From positions 90,520,001 through 90,584,000 of the forward strand of contig OX597822.1 in assembly GCA_951406725.2 (NCBI GenBank): a DNA stretch of 64,000 nt, in the 5' to 3' direction. Both the position numbers and the translations under genes were made by a program. Below are positions 26,701-40,744 of this stretch, piece after piece. Source of the stretch: Octopus vulgaris. Taxonomy: Eukaryota. Positions within the stretch are counted from its first letter, which is position 1; every line of letters starts with the position of its first letter. The notes under the pieces are model-generated. The model was not told the origin of the DNA. It did not search any database and worked only from the letters and a program-made list of their open reading frames with translations.

Positions 26701-29700
26701 AAATCACTGATTAATGATCCATGTAAACAATAAATGTATACAGAATTAAAAATCAAACAAAAATACATTTTAAAAAGAAAGTATCTTATAAATCATTCTA
26801 AACTCACCTTTTCTGATTTTGCATTAGGAGCATCAATGCCATTATCATTTGATAAAGTCATAGAGGCCAAATCGGAAGTCACATCATCTTCACTAAAATA
26901 AAGAAAATGAACCAATTAATATCATGACAAACTCTCTCATAGTAATAAAAAATATGATATGCTAAACTGGATTCAAAAATGAAGACCTTTTACACTAAAG
27001 ATACTAATACAAAATAAAGCCAAGTAAAAGAGTACAGATATCTACATAGACACAAATATAGGAAGATATAGAATTTGTAGCTCTGAAACAATATACATCA
27101 TCACCAGTGACATTGCCATGTCCATTTTTCCATGGGTCAGAAAGAATTCCTTAACCCTTTAGTGTTCGCATTATTCTACCAAAATTAATGCTTTTTCATC
27201 CACATTGCCTTGAACTAATCAGGCATTATCTTGTAGCTATGAGATTTTGATGTGGTAGCTGTTAATTTTTAAAACGATATTCTAGGGTTGGTGTGAGAGA
27301 CCAGATCTGGCCATTTTAAACATAAAACAGGCAGAATACTTTTGGCTGGATATGGCTGGTTTAAATGCTAAAGGGTTAAGGAAAATTTTTTGGCTGGATG
27401 CTCTTCCTGTCACCAACAGTCACTTGTTTCCAAGAAATAATATATCGCCTAAGGCTGGACATCTTTTTCTTACATGCAAGATGATAAAACTCATTTACAA
27501 CTATTGCAGAATATCAAAACAAAGACACACATAAACACATACACCCATGTATACAAATATTTACAAACACACAACAGACCGCTTTCATTTTCCATCTACC
27601 AAATCCAACTCACAAGGTTTTAGGAAAGATGCCTAAGATGCTTATGCAGTGCAACCAAACTTGAACCATGTGGTTGGGAAGAGAAATTCTCATGCACACA
27701 GCCATGCTAACACCTATGAGACAGATATGTATAGACAAACATTTTTGTGCGTATGTGTGGCACTTCCTCTCACAGCTGTCCTCATCCATATGAAAGACAT
27801 GACCATACCTGTACAGTCGTCTCTCTTGCACACCACATTTGATTCTTCTTATTCCCAACTTTTCTCTCAGAGCACTTACTGTCGTGTATGCACGCTGACA
27901 TTATACATCCAGCGGATCATACTAGCTTCATTTCTTTCGAGCCTATGCATGTCCTCAGCAGTCATGGCCCATGTTTCACTGCCATGTAGCATGGCAGTTC
28001 ACACACAAACATCATACAGTCTACCTTTCACCCTGAACAAGAGGCTTGTAGTTGCCAGCAGAGGTAGGAGCCTCTGAACTTTGCCCAGGCCATTCTTATT
28101 CTAGCTGCTACACTCTCAGAGAAACCACTCCCACTACAGACTTAGTCGTTTAGGTAGCAAAAGTTATTAACTACTTCTAGATTTTTCCCCCCTGGCATGT
28201 GATGCAATCTGTTTTCTGTACATCTTGTGTTTATCACACCTGTGCATCTGCCATGCACAAAAACTATTTTCTCGTTTAACTTTCCTTTGATATTGCTGCA
28301 CCTTTTATGTATCCATAGCTTACACTGAGTACATCATATGGAGTTTCTACAGACTGAACAGGGGTTTGTGATTGGACTGCCTTCCTACTTACTAAGACTT
28401 TGGTTTTTGGTTTTTGCTTGGTTAACCCTAAGGCGCTTCGGTTCTAGACCTTGCTTCCACATTCTAAACTTTGTCTCTAGTTCTGGCAGACTCTGCTATT
28501 AGAGCAAAATCATCAGCATAGAGGAGCTCCCAGGGGCAGCCTGTCTTGAATTCCTCTGTTATTACCTAGAGGACTATAAAGAATAAAAGAAGGCTGAGGA
28601 CTGGTCCTTGGTGAACCCCTACTTCTAATTGGAATTCTTCACTATACTCGTTGCCAACCCTCACCTTACAGACAGCATCCCTGTACAGCCCTTACCAACC
28701 ACTCGTCTATCTCTAGTTTCTGCACTGACCACCAGGTAAAGGACCAGAGGACCTTGTCCAAGTCAACAAAAGCCAAGTACAGAGGTTTATCTTTGGCTAG
28801 ATATTTCTCCTGCAGTTGCCTTACCAGAAATATAGCATCAGTGGTGCTTCTGCCTGATACAAAACCAAACTGCATCTTATCTAGGCTAATTTGTTGAGCT
28901 ATGATCCTCTCTGTAACTTTCATCACCTGATCCAATAATTTGATATCCCTGTAGTTATTCCTATCTAAAGCATTACCCTTGTAGAAGTTGACTATGGTGC
29001 TGCTACACCAGTCATTGCGTATGACTTCTTCATAAACTTGATTTACGATGCGGGTGACAAGACCATAACCCACACCACCCAATTTTTTAAGATCTCTGCG
29101 GTAATTCCTGATAGGTCATGTGCCTTCCCGGTCTTCATATCCTTAACTGCTTTATCTACCAGGGTACTGACGATTGGTCAGTATATATGTGTGTGTGTAT
29201 ATTATATACATATATATATATTATATAAGCAACTCATTAGAAAATGGAGCAAACTATAGATTAACTAACACATTGATTGGACATTTATGGCTTAATTATT
29301 AACCTTTTCGTTACCAACCCGGCTAAAACTGGCCTTGGCTCTGCAGTACAAATGTCTTGTTTTCATAAGTTTTGAATTAAAATCTTCCACCAAACCTTAG
29401 TCACAATTTATGTTCCTAGCACTAGCTGAATGATAACTAAGTTATTCTTTGTTATACTTAAAGTAATTGAAAACAATACAGAGCATCTCAAAATAAATAC
29501 AGTAATGAAAGGGTTAATACAAAGCATGACAAAAGAAATTTTACAGCTGTTTCTAATAAGATTACCAGAATACAGTCTATATATAAATGCAAGAATAAAA
29601 TTCCTCATCTTGATAGGGTATTTGAATTATAACAGATTTTCCTCAGAGTGAAAAACAAGAGCATACAATATAAACAAAAGGAAGAAAGAAAAGTAAAGAA

Positions 29701-30340
29701 AACATAGCTTAGACAAATAGTCTAGAAGCCCAATATGTTAAGTGTAAATAAATTTATCATCAGGGCTACAAGAGCATAGATGAAAGAGTGAGCTATTAAA
29801 GAACTAGGGAATACTACAAGTTATTAACAGGAGGGTGCAATAAGAAGAAGGGGTGTCAGGGTGTTTAAAAAAAGAAGTTATCAAGAAGCTCATTGTAAAG
29901 AAGATACTAACATAATCATCAAAGATCAAACCTATGTTAACGGAATAAACTTAAGAGTAAACAATTATCATAGGGTGCTAAAGAAAATATTTACTCACAG
30001 GGATTAATACCAAGAAACCCCACTATGATCCACAGTGGGTTATGTCTAAGTCCAGTGGTCTATACCTTCATCAATTACAATTTGAAATGGGGTTACAAGT
30101 TAAAACTGTTACAAAAGATTTGTTTATAAATAAACAAGAGAAGGAACGAATAAGTCAATGAATAGAAATATGAGACTAACAGGTTAGTGGTTAAGAGAAG
30201 GTGACAGGTCCCGTTAAGTCAGCGGTTCTATGAAGACTATGGAAAAAAAATAGTGCTAAACCTCAAATATAGCAAATTGTAGTAATAATTAGGTATATAC
30301 AGGTATATAAGGTAAATATATCTCATAGGTACTCTACATC

Positions 30341-30380
<40 letters not shown>

Positions 30381-31904
30381 CATATTAGACAAAATGAGAT
30401 TAAAAAAAGCCAAGGTTGTGAGAAGTTTTCAGGACATTTATAAGGAAAATGATATATAGTCTTACAGCTGTTTCTGAGATATTCTGGATATCCATTTATC
30501 AGAAACAATGTGAGATGGTTAAATAGAGGTAAATACTTGAGTTGAAATAATTATTATGGAAAAGGAGGAGATAGGAATATAGAGGGAAATAAGAGAATGA
30601 GAGTAGAAATAAAATATAAAATGTATAAAGATAGTGTAGTTCCAGTTCCATTACTTGAGGAAAGTGGTGTATAGAAGCAGTAAAAATGTTTCCTGTACAT
30701 GTTATGTAAGCTGCAATAGTAGTTCATGTTCCGTCATTTCAAAGCATGGAGCCATGGATCTTGTGTCATTCATTTGAAAGGGTCTTGTGGTGTGAATGAA
30801 AATTTGAGAATGTATTGGTAACATTTGTGGGTAGGTAGGGGGAAGAGATGTGTATGATTAGAATAAAGAGAAAGGTCAAAATGAAGGGGAAGAAAAAAGA
30901 GAGAAAGTGAAGAAAGGGTAAAAGAAGTGAGAAAAGGAGTGTTAGTTGGTGGTCAAGATAATGTGAGGGGAGGATGGGAGAGGGATGAGAAGGTAAGGAG
31001 TGAATAAGTGTGAGATATCTAAGTAGGGGTGATGTGATAGAGCTACAATAAGGGATGGGTAGAGAAAAGGTATGGGTAGGGTTTTAGTAGTAAAATTTAA
31101 AGTGATTGGGAGAGTACAAGGATGTGTAATTTCTATAAATAGAATATGCAATTGTATAGGTTAGTGTGATGCTTAGGAATCAGAGAGGAGGAAAGAAGAT
31201 ATGACACGCACACGTATATATACATGTGCACATATGCATACATACATATACACACACAATTACATATATATATATATATATATAGGCATATACATAGACA
31301 CATACACACATATTTCTATAAACATATGCATACCTACGCATACACACACATATATATAACATGCATACACACGCATACATACACAAATGTATAGCAACAC
31401 ACACACACCCATGTATTATTGCATGTCCATATATGTAGTATTAAATGGTAGAGATCCTTAAAGCCAGATAGGGGAGTTAAAAAAATTAAAGATTAAAAAA
31501 TCAAGATAGAGATAAGGGTAAGTTAAGTAAGGTTGTTGGGGATTACCTAAAAGATGTTATGGATATATGCTGTGTGGTTATTTAGGTTACATTTAGATTT
31601 GTGGTAAACTTTGAAGGTATGAAAAAGCGGTGGTTGCATGTACTTAGGGCTTCATTACATATATTTAGTAGTGTCGAGGAGTTGTGTTTTAATATGTGGA
31701 ATGCCTCTTGTAGGCATTGCTTACAGGCTAAGCATTGATCTTGGTATGGGAGCCCTGAATCTATTATGGACCATGACAAAGTGTAAGGAATATTTCTATT
31801 TTTGAGATGATGTAGTGACTGGCAAGTGTTGTAGATTTACTGTGTTTCTCGTGTCTAAAAGAATTGAGATGAGCGGGATATTGCTGTTTAAAATTTATGG
31901 TTGA

Positions 31905-31954
<50 letters not shown>

Positions 31955-34900
31955 GTAGAATTGTTTAATGTGTTGAGGACGGTGCATTTATAAATTACAT
32001 TAGATCTTCTAGAGTGGGTTTGTAGAGGACAGATGGATTCAGGATGGCAGTTACAAGTGGGAGTATTTTGGGGGATTATTTTCAGGAATGGAGGAGGTAA
32101 TACTGCCAGTGGAGAGGTTAGAGATGGGGCAGAAAGGTCTAAGTTATTAGTATTATTATTGCTATTGTTATTGTAAATTATTCCGTGGAAGTTGTGGTAA
32201 TATTCTGGATAGTGTTAGTAGGATAGGTTGTGTTATGGTTGTGGTCTAACGTATGGGGTTCAATGCTGGAGCTGTGTAAATGTAGGGCGCTCGTGTATTC
32301 AGAGTTGTTATAGTGTTTTGTTAGTAAAGAGAAAGCTTTTGTTGGTATTGCTTAATTTTTGCCTGTTTCTTGACTCACTCTCCACAAAATACATGCATTT
32401 TTTTTGCTTTTCATAGTTTCAAACATGCTTCCATACCACCCACCTAATGATTTACATACATATCACTACTCCACATCCCTAATATACTTTCACACCTCTA
32501 AACACATGCTGAGATCCCCTTCAGTCATGACTGACCATGGGATTGCACCTAGAAAGTTACCCTCCCAGGCACAAGTCTGGGCAATGATGTTTATTGAAGA
32601 CCAGCAGTTGCCCATGCATACCAGTGTTATCCAAGGGAAAGGCAAAGGCCGATGTGGCTTGGCACCTGTGATGTCACAACTCATTTCTACAGCTGAGTGA
32701 ACTGGAGCAACGTGAAATAAAGTGTCTTGCTCAAGAACACAACACGCAGCCCGGTCCGGGATTCGAACTCACAACCTCACGATCGTAAGCTCGACGCTCT
32801 AACCACTGAGCCACGCGCCTTCACTCTAAACACATACATGACATTAATACATACACCAATGCTCAATTACAGACAGATACACTCTTATACTAACACCTAT
32901 ACACCTGAACTTTCTTCTCTCTTAACTTCTCTACCATAGAACAGCATTCCCAGATGACTTCCAACCCTTTGTTTTTTTCTTCAGACAATTTCTCTTTCTT
33001 ATGATGAAGGACTGATGTTTGAAATATTAAGACACTTTTTCTCTTTTAAAGTGTGAAAAGCTATTAACATATTTGTGAAACTTTTTCTCCCATTTACCAT
33101 ATTGTTCATTGTATCGACACCAGATGCTCGATGTTTTCCACTAATTTGACCTTAGAACTCCAATTTTGAACTCTATATTGAATTACTGATCTGGGATTAT
33201 CCCAGATTACTTTTGGATATCCTTTTAGTTATCTGCATTACTTGTAATCTTCCATGACCTCTTTACTGTTTTCATTTCTGTCCACTCTCACCTTTTCTCT
33301 CTTCTTTTTACTTTCTTGCCTGTTTTCTCACCCTTTCTCCGGTTGCACACTTTTATGCATCCTTTTCTTATTCTTTAATACTAATTAGAAACAACACACT
33401 CCAAGTAGATTTTCTGCTAGTGTAAGTTGAATTGAAAAACTATGACGTGGACACAAATGGCACAATATGTATAGCGTATTATTGTATAGTAATCAATATA
33501 TTAAACAAAAATCAAAACCTTATCTAACAATAAATACAAAGTTACTGCAAGCTGAGAAAATAACTCAAGACTGTCATCAAAGATCCATGGTTTACATATT
33601 TGTATATGACTGAATGAAACACTAAATAAAAAAGATATTCTTTGTAATTTTGATAAGTAGATATAATGTATAAATCTTCACAAATATTCTCAAAGTATCT
33701 CGAAGAAAAAACTTTTGTAATCACTTATTTTTAATGAAAAAAAGTCTGAATAGAGGCAGCTGAGAGATAGAGTGTGTTTGGGTGTGTGTGTGAGTGAAAG
33801 AGAGAGAAGAAACTGAGGCTCTCTCTTTTACTCTTTTATTTGTTTCAGTCATTTGACTTCGGCCATGCTGGAGCACTGCCTTTAATTGAGCAACTCGACC
33901 CCGGGACTTATTCTTTTGTAAGCCCAGTACTTATTCTATCGGTCTGTTTTGCCGAACCACAAAGTTACGGGGACGTAAACACACCAGCATCAGTTGTCAA
34001 GCAATGCTAGGGGGACAAACACAGACACACAAACACACACACATACATATATATACACATATATACGACGGGCTTCTTTCAGTTTCCGTCTACCAAATCC
34101 ACTCACAAGGCTTTGTTCGGCCCGAGGCTATAGTAGAAGACACTTGCCCAAGGTGCCATGCAGTGGGACTGAACCCGGAACCATGTGGTTGGTAAACAAG
34201 CTACTTACCACACAGCCATGAAAAGTTCTAAGGATACATAGTAAACAATGAAGAGGTGGAAATAGAGAGAAAAGGAGTTCAGCCATCAGACTTGTTTATC
34301 AATGCCTGTTGCAATAGCAGACCATTGTGAATGCACTAACATCATGCATTAACATTTCCCATGCTGCTCTTTGCTCTCCGTTCCTTATGACATTATGATC
34401 ATCAAGCCATGCTGACCTATACAGAACTGAAGGATTGCGGCAACACACTCTTCTCTTGTCCTTCATTTTGATGTTACCCCTACTACTGAAGTGTCTCATT
34501 TGTTATCTTCCAATAAGTTCCTTCCTCCTTCCTACCTACTACAGCCTCTAACCTCATCAATGTAATCCGGTGACTCTACCACATAATTCCTCTTCAAATT
34601 CATAAACCTGACAACCCCAGCCACCCCATCTCTACCTGTAACTGCTGTACAGAACATATTCCCACCTACTTCGACACCCACCTTCAACAACTAGTTGCCA
34701 TTATCCCATTGCACATTCAAAATATTAATCACTCTCCCTTTTTTTTTATTCCTATATGCCACTCTCACTCATTTTCACCATGCAAGTGAAATCTATACTG
34801 TCATTTATCACGAACACATAACATACACTGACATGTGGCTTCAAACTCAGCCCAACTGTGTGGCACTTTGGACAAGTGTCTACTATAGCACCAGTCCAAC

Positions 34901-35143
34901 TGAAGACTTGTGAGCAGATTTGGAAGAGATATACTGGGAAAAGATCACATGTGTGTATGGATGTATGTACTTGTACGTGTAGGCGCAGGAGTGGCTGTGT
35001 GGTAAGTAGCTTGCTTACCAACCACACGGTTCCAGGTTCAGTCCCACTGCGTGGCACCTTGGGCAAGTGTCTTCTACTATAGCCTTGGGCCGACCAAAGC
35101 CTTGTGAGTGGATTTGGTAGACGGAAACTGAAAGAAGCCCGTC

Positions 35144-35199
<56 letters not shown>

Positions 35200-38100
35200 G
35201 TGTGTGTTTGTGTTTGTGTGTCTGTGTTTGTCCCCCCCAACATTGCTTGACAACCGATGCTGGTGTGTTTACGTCCCCGTTACTTAGCGGTTCGGCAAAA
35301 GAGACCGATAGAATAAGTACTAGGCTTACAAAGAATAAGTCCTGGGGCCGATTTGCTAGACTAAAAAGGTGGTGCTCCAGCACGGCCGCAGTCAAATGAC
35401 TGAAACAAGTAAAAGAGTAAAGAGTATTTATGTCTCTCTGCACCCTTGTCTTGACATCATGTGATGGTTGCAAACAAGCACCACCATCATATAAGCAATG
35501 TCATTCATTTCCAGCCTTCTGTATGGAACATGTCTGACCATGGCAAATAGTACCTTACTTGGAAAATGGTTAGGGTTTGTGATAGGAAGGCAGCTAGCCA
35601 TAGAAAAAAAAACCTACCCTAATAAATTCCATCTGACCCACACAAACATGGAAAAGTGAATGCTTAATGATGATGATGATTACCCATATACACACACATG
35701 TATGTAAATGTACATACAAAGGTGATTGGGCAAAATTTGATGAGTTCGTTTTTGTCTCATTTTGTGTTTTAGGAACAGCTTGATGTACTGGTAAATAGTC
35801 GAGAGAACTGAAGAGTATAAAGATTATAGTAGTAATTCAGAAAAGGTTAGCTGACATGGAGGACTGGAAGCCATTTGAATATCGGTTTGAAATTCAGACC
35901 AACAATTCTGGGGTGAGGGGATAAGTTGATGACACTGCCTCCAGTACTCAGCTGGTACTTACTTCAACTACCCCAAAAGATGAAAGGCAAAGTCGATCTC
36001 AGTGGAATTTAAACATAAAGATGGACGAAATACCTATTTCTTTATTACCCACAAGGGGCTAAACATAGAAGGGACAAACAAGGACATAGGTATTAAGTCG
36101 ATTACATCGACCCCAGTGCGTGACTGGTACTTAATTTATCGACCCCGAAAGGATGTAAGGCAAAGTCGACCTTGGCGGAATTTGAACTCAGAACATAACG
36201 GCAGATGAAATACGGCTACGCATTTCGCCCGGCGTGCTAATGACTCTGCCAGCTCGCATTTTATTAGGAATGCCAATGATTCTGCCAACTCACCACCTTA
36301 TAAGCCATTTGAATATAGGAAGAGTTACCTGTATCATGAGGATTCACAGTAGGTATCAATATGCCAAAATCATGATGGCTGCTCAGTGCTCTATGAACAC
36401 TGTAATGACCTGTATGACATGGACATCATGAAAATCAAGTTCCCCCAAACTGTGATGGTCTTCACTGTGTCTCCAATGAAGGTAATGTCATGCTTCTCCA
36501 CATTTTTGAACAAGGCCTTAGGCTCAATTCAGATGGATATGTGAAACTGCTAAAGACTGGTCAAACCCTGGATGGAGAGGGTTGCTGGTGGAAGGTCATA
36601 TGTATGGCAGGAATATTTGGCTCCTTGCCATACTTCCAGAAAGAGAGTGATATGGTTGTCAGAGAATTTCTATGATTTCAACAGACCTAATTTCCTCTGA
36701 TTGTAATCCCAGAGATTACTATGTGTGGGGCATGGTTGAAAAAGACCTCAAACTGTTCAGCTTGCAAAACCAAGGTGTTCAAAGATATTCCAAGGATACA
36801 ATGAGGAATGCATGCACCAAGTTCCAGAGCCATCTTAAGGCTGAAGATGGCTACTGTTCTCACCCAGCCATAATCTAGTTGATTTTGGCCCTAGAAACCC
36901 AGGCTATTGATGTACTTCTGGATGGGGTAGTAGGAACTTTTGGCATTGTGCAGGGATGTCTTACTTGGAGAGTAGTGTTACTCTTAATGCTGAATTTTGG
37001 TGCCAGCTCCTCCAGGATCTTCCATATTTAGATCCCAGTATATCTTTCCACCTACTCTAGGGAGTAGAATTGTAGTTGTCAGCTTCTTCCAATAACTCAA
37101 CTGTCTTACTGAAGCAATCTTCTTGGTTTAGCTCCATCGTATAGCTTTGAATCCTATTATTGACACTGTGAGATGACCGTAGTTGAGAGCAGCAGTCCTG
37201 ATGGCTGAGAGTAAACATCCTCCATAGGGCCACCATAGTTTCCTGATCCTTTGTTAATAAAGTTCTCAGAATCCACCTGGCCATTCACCTGCACATTTCC
37301 ACCATCTTGGTGATGTGTACATGAAACGAAGCCTTGTTGCTCATATCACTCACCAGGTCATGCAGAGTTTGACTTTGAGATTGCTATTCCTTCAAGTCCA
37401 AAACATCTTTGTTATGGCCAAGCTAGTTGATAGTGAAGGGCTAGGAATTTTCCAACATTAAATTGTATATTGTTTTCTTCAGCTCATTTATATGTGATGT
37501 CTGGATTATTCTGTAGAAGATTAGTATCAAAAGGGCTTTTTGACTGCTTGTATTACCTTTGTATCATCAGCATAACTAGTAAGAGTGGTTGCCTCCATAA
37601 TAGACAGCATGTTTGAGAGAGCTACCACAAACAACAGTGGCATGAAGACAGTTCCCTGAGGCATCCTCACTACTGACATCTCCATGGAGATGGCTCTATT
37701 GGCTTGCTACGGTTTGGCTTCTGTCTTTTATGTCATGTAAGCACTCTCCTCGTTTTCCAACTATGCCAAGTCCATGTAGTTTGTGACATACCATCTTGTG
37801 ATGAACTTTATAGAAAGCCTTTTGCAAAATTAAGAGATATATCCACATTTGAGCAATTCTTAAGTTGTTTCAATACCAAGTCATAATGCTGCAGAAATTG
37901 TGCTGGGCAGCTCCTTCCCTGGTGGAAGCCATACTGGGTATTGGGAAACAGGTAATTATCTTCTAGTAACTTGATCAGCCTCCTCCTGACAATCCATTCC
38001 GTGACTTTGCTGATACGTGAGTTCAGAGAGTCAGGTCTAATTTTTAACATCCACTCTACTTCCTCCTTTATATAACATTACATCTTGCTTTAACTTTCTG

Positions 38101-40705
38101 GGAAGTTTACCAATTGCAAGGATGCTTTAGAAGAGGATCTGCAGTGGCCTTGTGAGGATCCATTTTCATTTCTTTAGGAGGATTGCTCAGAATTCATTAG
38201 AGCCAGTGGATAAGCTTAAGCCTATTTCTTCAATAGCTGGTATTACATAAATTTCCCTTATCTTGATAACTGACATGCCTTCATGTAGGGTTGTAGTGTC
38301 AAAGAACTGATCAGGCACATTTATTTGCAAGTATTGCAAGTATCCCAGAACAGAGATGTAAAAACACTTTTGAATTGCATATTTAGTATTTCACTTATCC
38401 ACTTAAGTTCTGCAGTCAGTGAGCTATTTTCTTCAAAACAGTGACCCTATCTTGTATTGTACTGAAGCAAACTACTTCAGTAAATCTATAAATGGCTTTA
38501 GGGTTTGTTTTTACATTTTTTACCACTTTGGCTTCTTTTTCTGCCCTCTATTTTTCACGAGAGTTCATTTTCCATTTCAAGTGATGCTTGCTTGAAATGG
38601 GATTGCCCACAATTTGAGATTTTTATCAGCTCATTACAAATTTATATTCGAGAATTGTTTTTTTGTTGGTTGAACATTCTCTCTGAAGCAAACTTACTGC
38701 ATGTGGCTTGCATGACAGTTATAATGTGCTAAAGCTTCATATCAATGTACTGAGAGATTACCTGACCAGTTTATTTCAGAACCTTTTTTTGAATACCTTT
38801 CCAATTAGTTTTGTGAAACTTCAATCTGCAAAAAAAACTGGAAGCTTCTAATAGGCTGTGTATCTTCAGATCATACACAGTTCTGCTAAGTTATGGTCCA
38901 AGAACTCATTTTGAGAAAAATTATATAATAGATATTATTTAAGAATCTTTTGTTAAAATGTTTTCAAAAAACTATATTCATTAAATAAAAATGTTATAGC
39001 TGTTTTATGAAACCAGTCTTGATTTGTGATCATTTTAGAATTTAATTTAAAATACAAGGGTGTATTTTAGTTAGAAATATAGCACCAAAAGTGTTTAATT
39101 ACCAACAGACATACTCCAGCTACTGGCTTACAGGCATTTTGTCTCTTCTTCCCATCACACTTTTTGCTAATAAAATAGCCTTTCTTGTATCTCCTCTACT
39201 CAGCACCCCACCACATGTTAATCTAATTCCCCTGGTCCTGCACTAATCTCTCTGACAAGCCTTCCCCCCTCAGATCACCAGACCTCTAGAATCTTTTCTT
39301 TGCTCATGAATAACAAACAACTGGAGATGTAAAGAGCCTTATTGCTGAGAAAACTTTTATGCTTTGAGAGTTTAAATGTTCAAACTAATAATTTGATGGA
39401 CTGATTTATTCATATATGGTGAATCAGAAAAATGGGATACATTATGTTGTTTAATGAAGCAAGACATGTATCTGTACATATCCAATTTTCCTCTGCAGTT
39501 TAGAATTGATGTTTTTCAATGAAATGTGCTTTGGCAAACAGAAGGTCCATTTTATCTGTGACCTCTATGAAAGAATCATGAAGTAGATGTACAATAATAT
39601 TCTCATTACTTCAGTAAGTACAGCAAAGTCCCTGCTTTTCTGAGGAAGTTTAATAACATTGGAATATGTATAGAGTTGTTACCCCATTTTTAGAAATGAT
39701 TGAAATATTGTTTTCTAACATAGGTACAAGGCATCAACCCTGGTAGAATCTGAACCTAGAATATAAGCTGCAAGGCACTTTCTCCAAAGCTCCAAAGATT
39801 CAAGAGTTCACATTAGCTTTTCCTCACTAAAGCTAATTTATCTATTGGAATTTACACTGACTGATAATCTATTTTAATAGAATTAACTTAATTTATAAAC
39901 AATAAAATATAAGCATTATCCTTGATAATGCTTGTATTTGGTATGGAAATGAGAAATGCTTGTATTTGGTAATGAAATGGAAAAAAAAAAAGAGAAATGA
40001 AGCTTTAAAGAACAATAAGTAACAGAGATATAATGCTCCATTATATACAACTGACCAACAGGGTTTAGTTATTCAAAAGTGAGAGGAAGTCTGTAACTGA
40101 TATAGAAAAGAATACATCAATCAAGCTCTTTTTAACAGAAATCCCACTGTGAAAGCCACGATTTTGTCTCCACTCCTGACCGAATATTCTCTACAAAACT
40201 TGTCTAAAACCTCTTTTTCTAATTTGACCATCATATATATATATATATATATCATCGTTTAACGTCCGCTTTCCATGCTAGCATGGGTTGGATGATTTGA
40301 CTGAGGGCTGGCGAACCAGATGGCTGCACCAAGCTTCAATCTTGATCTGTCTTTTATTCTTTTACTTCTCTCAGCCATTTGACTGTGACCATGCTAGAGC
40401 ACCACCTTTAGTTGAATTAATCGACTCCAGGACTTATTTTGCCAAACCACTAAGTTACAGGGACGTAAACACACCAACGTCAGTTGTCAAGTGATGGTGG
40501 AGGCGACAAACACAGACACACAAACACATAAATATATATATCCACATATACAACAGGCTTCTTTCAGTTTCTGTCTATCAAATCCACTCACAAGGCTTTG
40601 GTCAGCCCAAGGTTATACTTGAAGACGCCCGAGATGTCACGCAGTGGGATTGAACCCAGAACCATGTGGTCGGGAAGCAAGCTTCTTACCACATAGCCAC
40701 GTCCG

Positions 40706-40744
<39 letters not shown>

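Noticed and set aside
32745-32824. tRNA genes at 32.8, 46.8 and 49.5 kb
   Set aside because: The A/B-box sequences run directly into SINE bodies and lack a proper acceptor stem and terminator; they are SINE heads.
34752-35473. 163-aa and 152-aa ORFs (and similar ORFs at 12.0-12.6, 34.0 and 51.0-51.8 kb)
   Set aside because: Translations of SINE family A plus microsatellite; the same pseudo-peptides recur at each copy.
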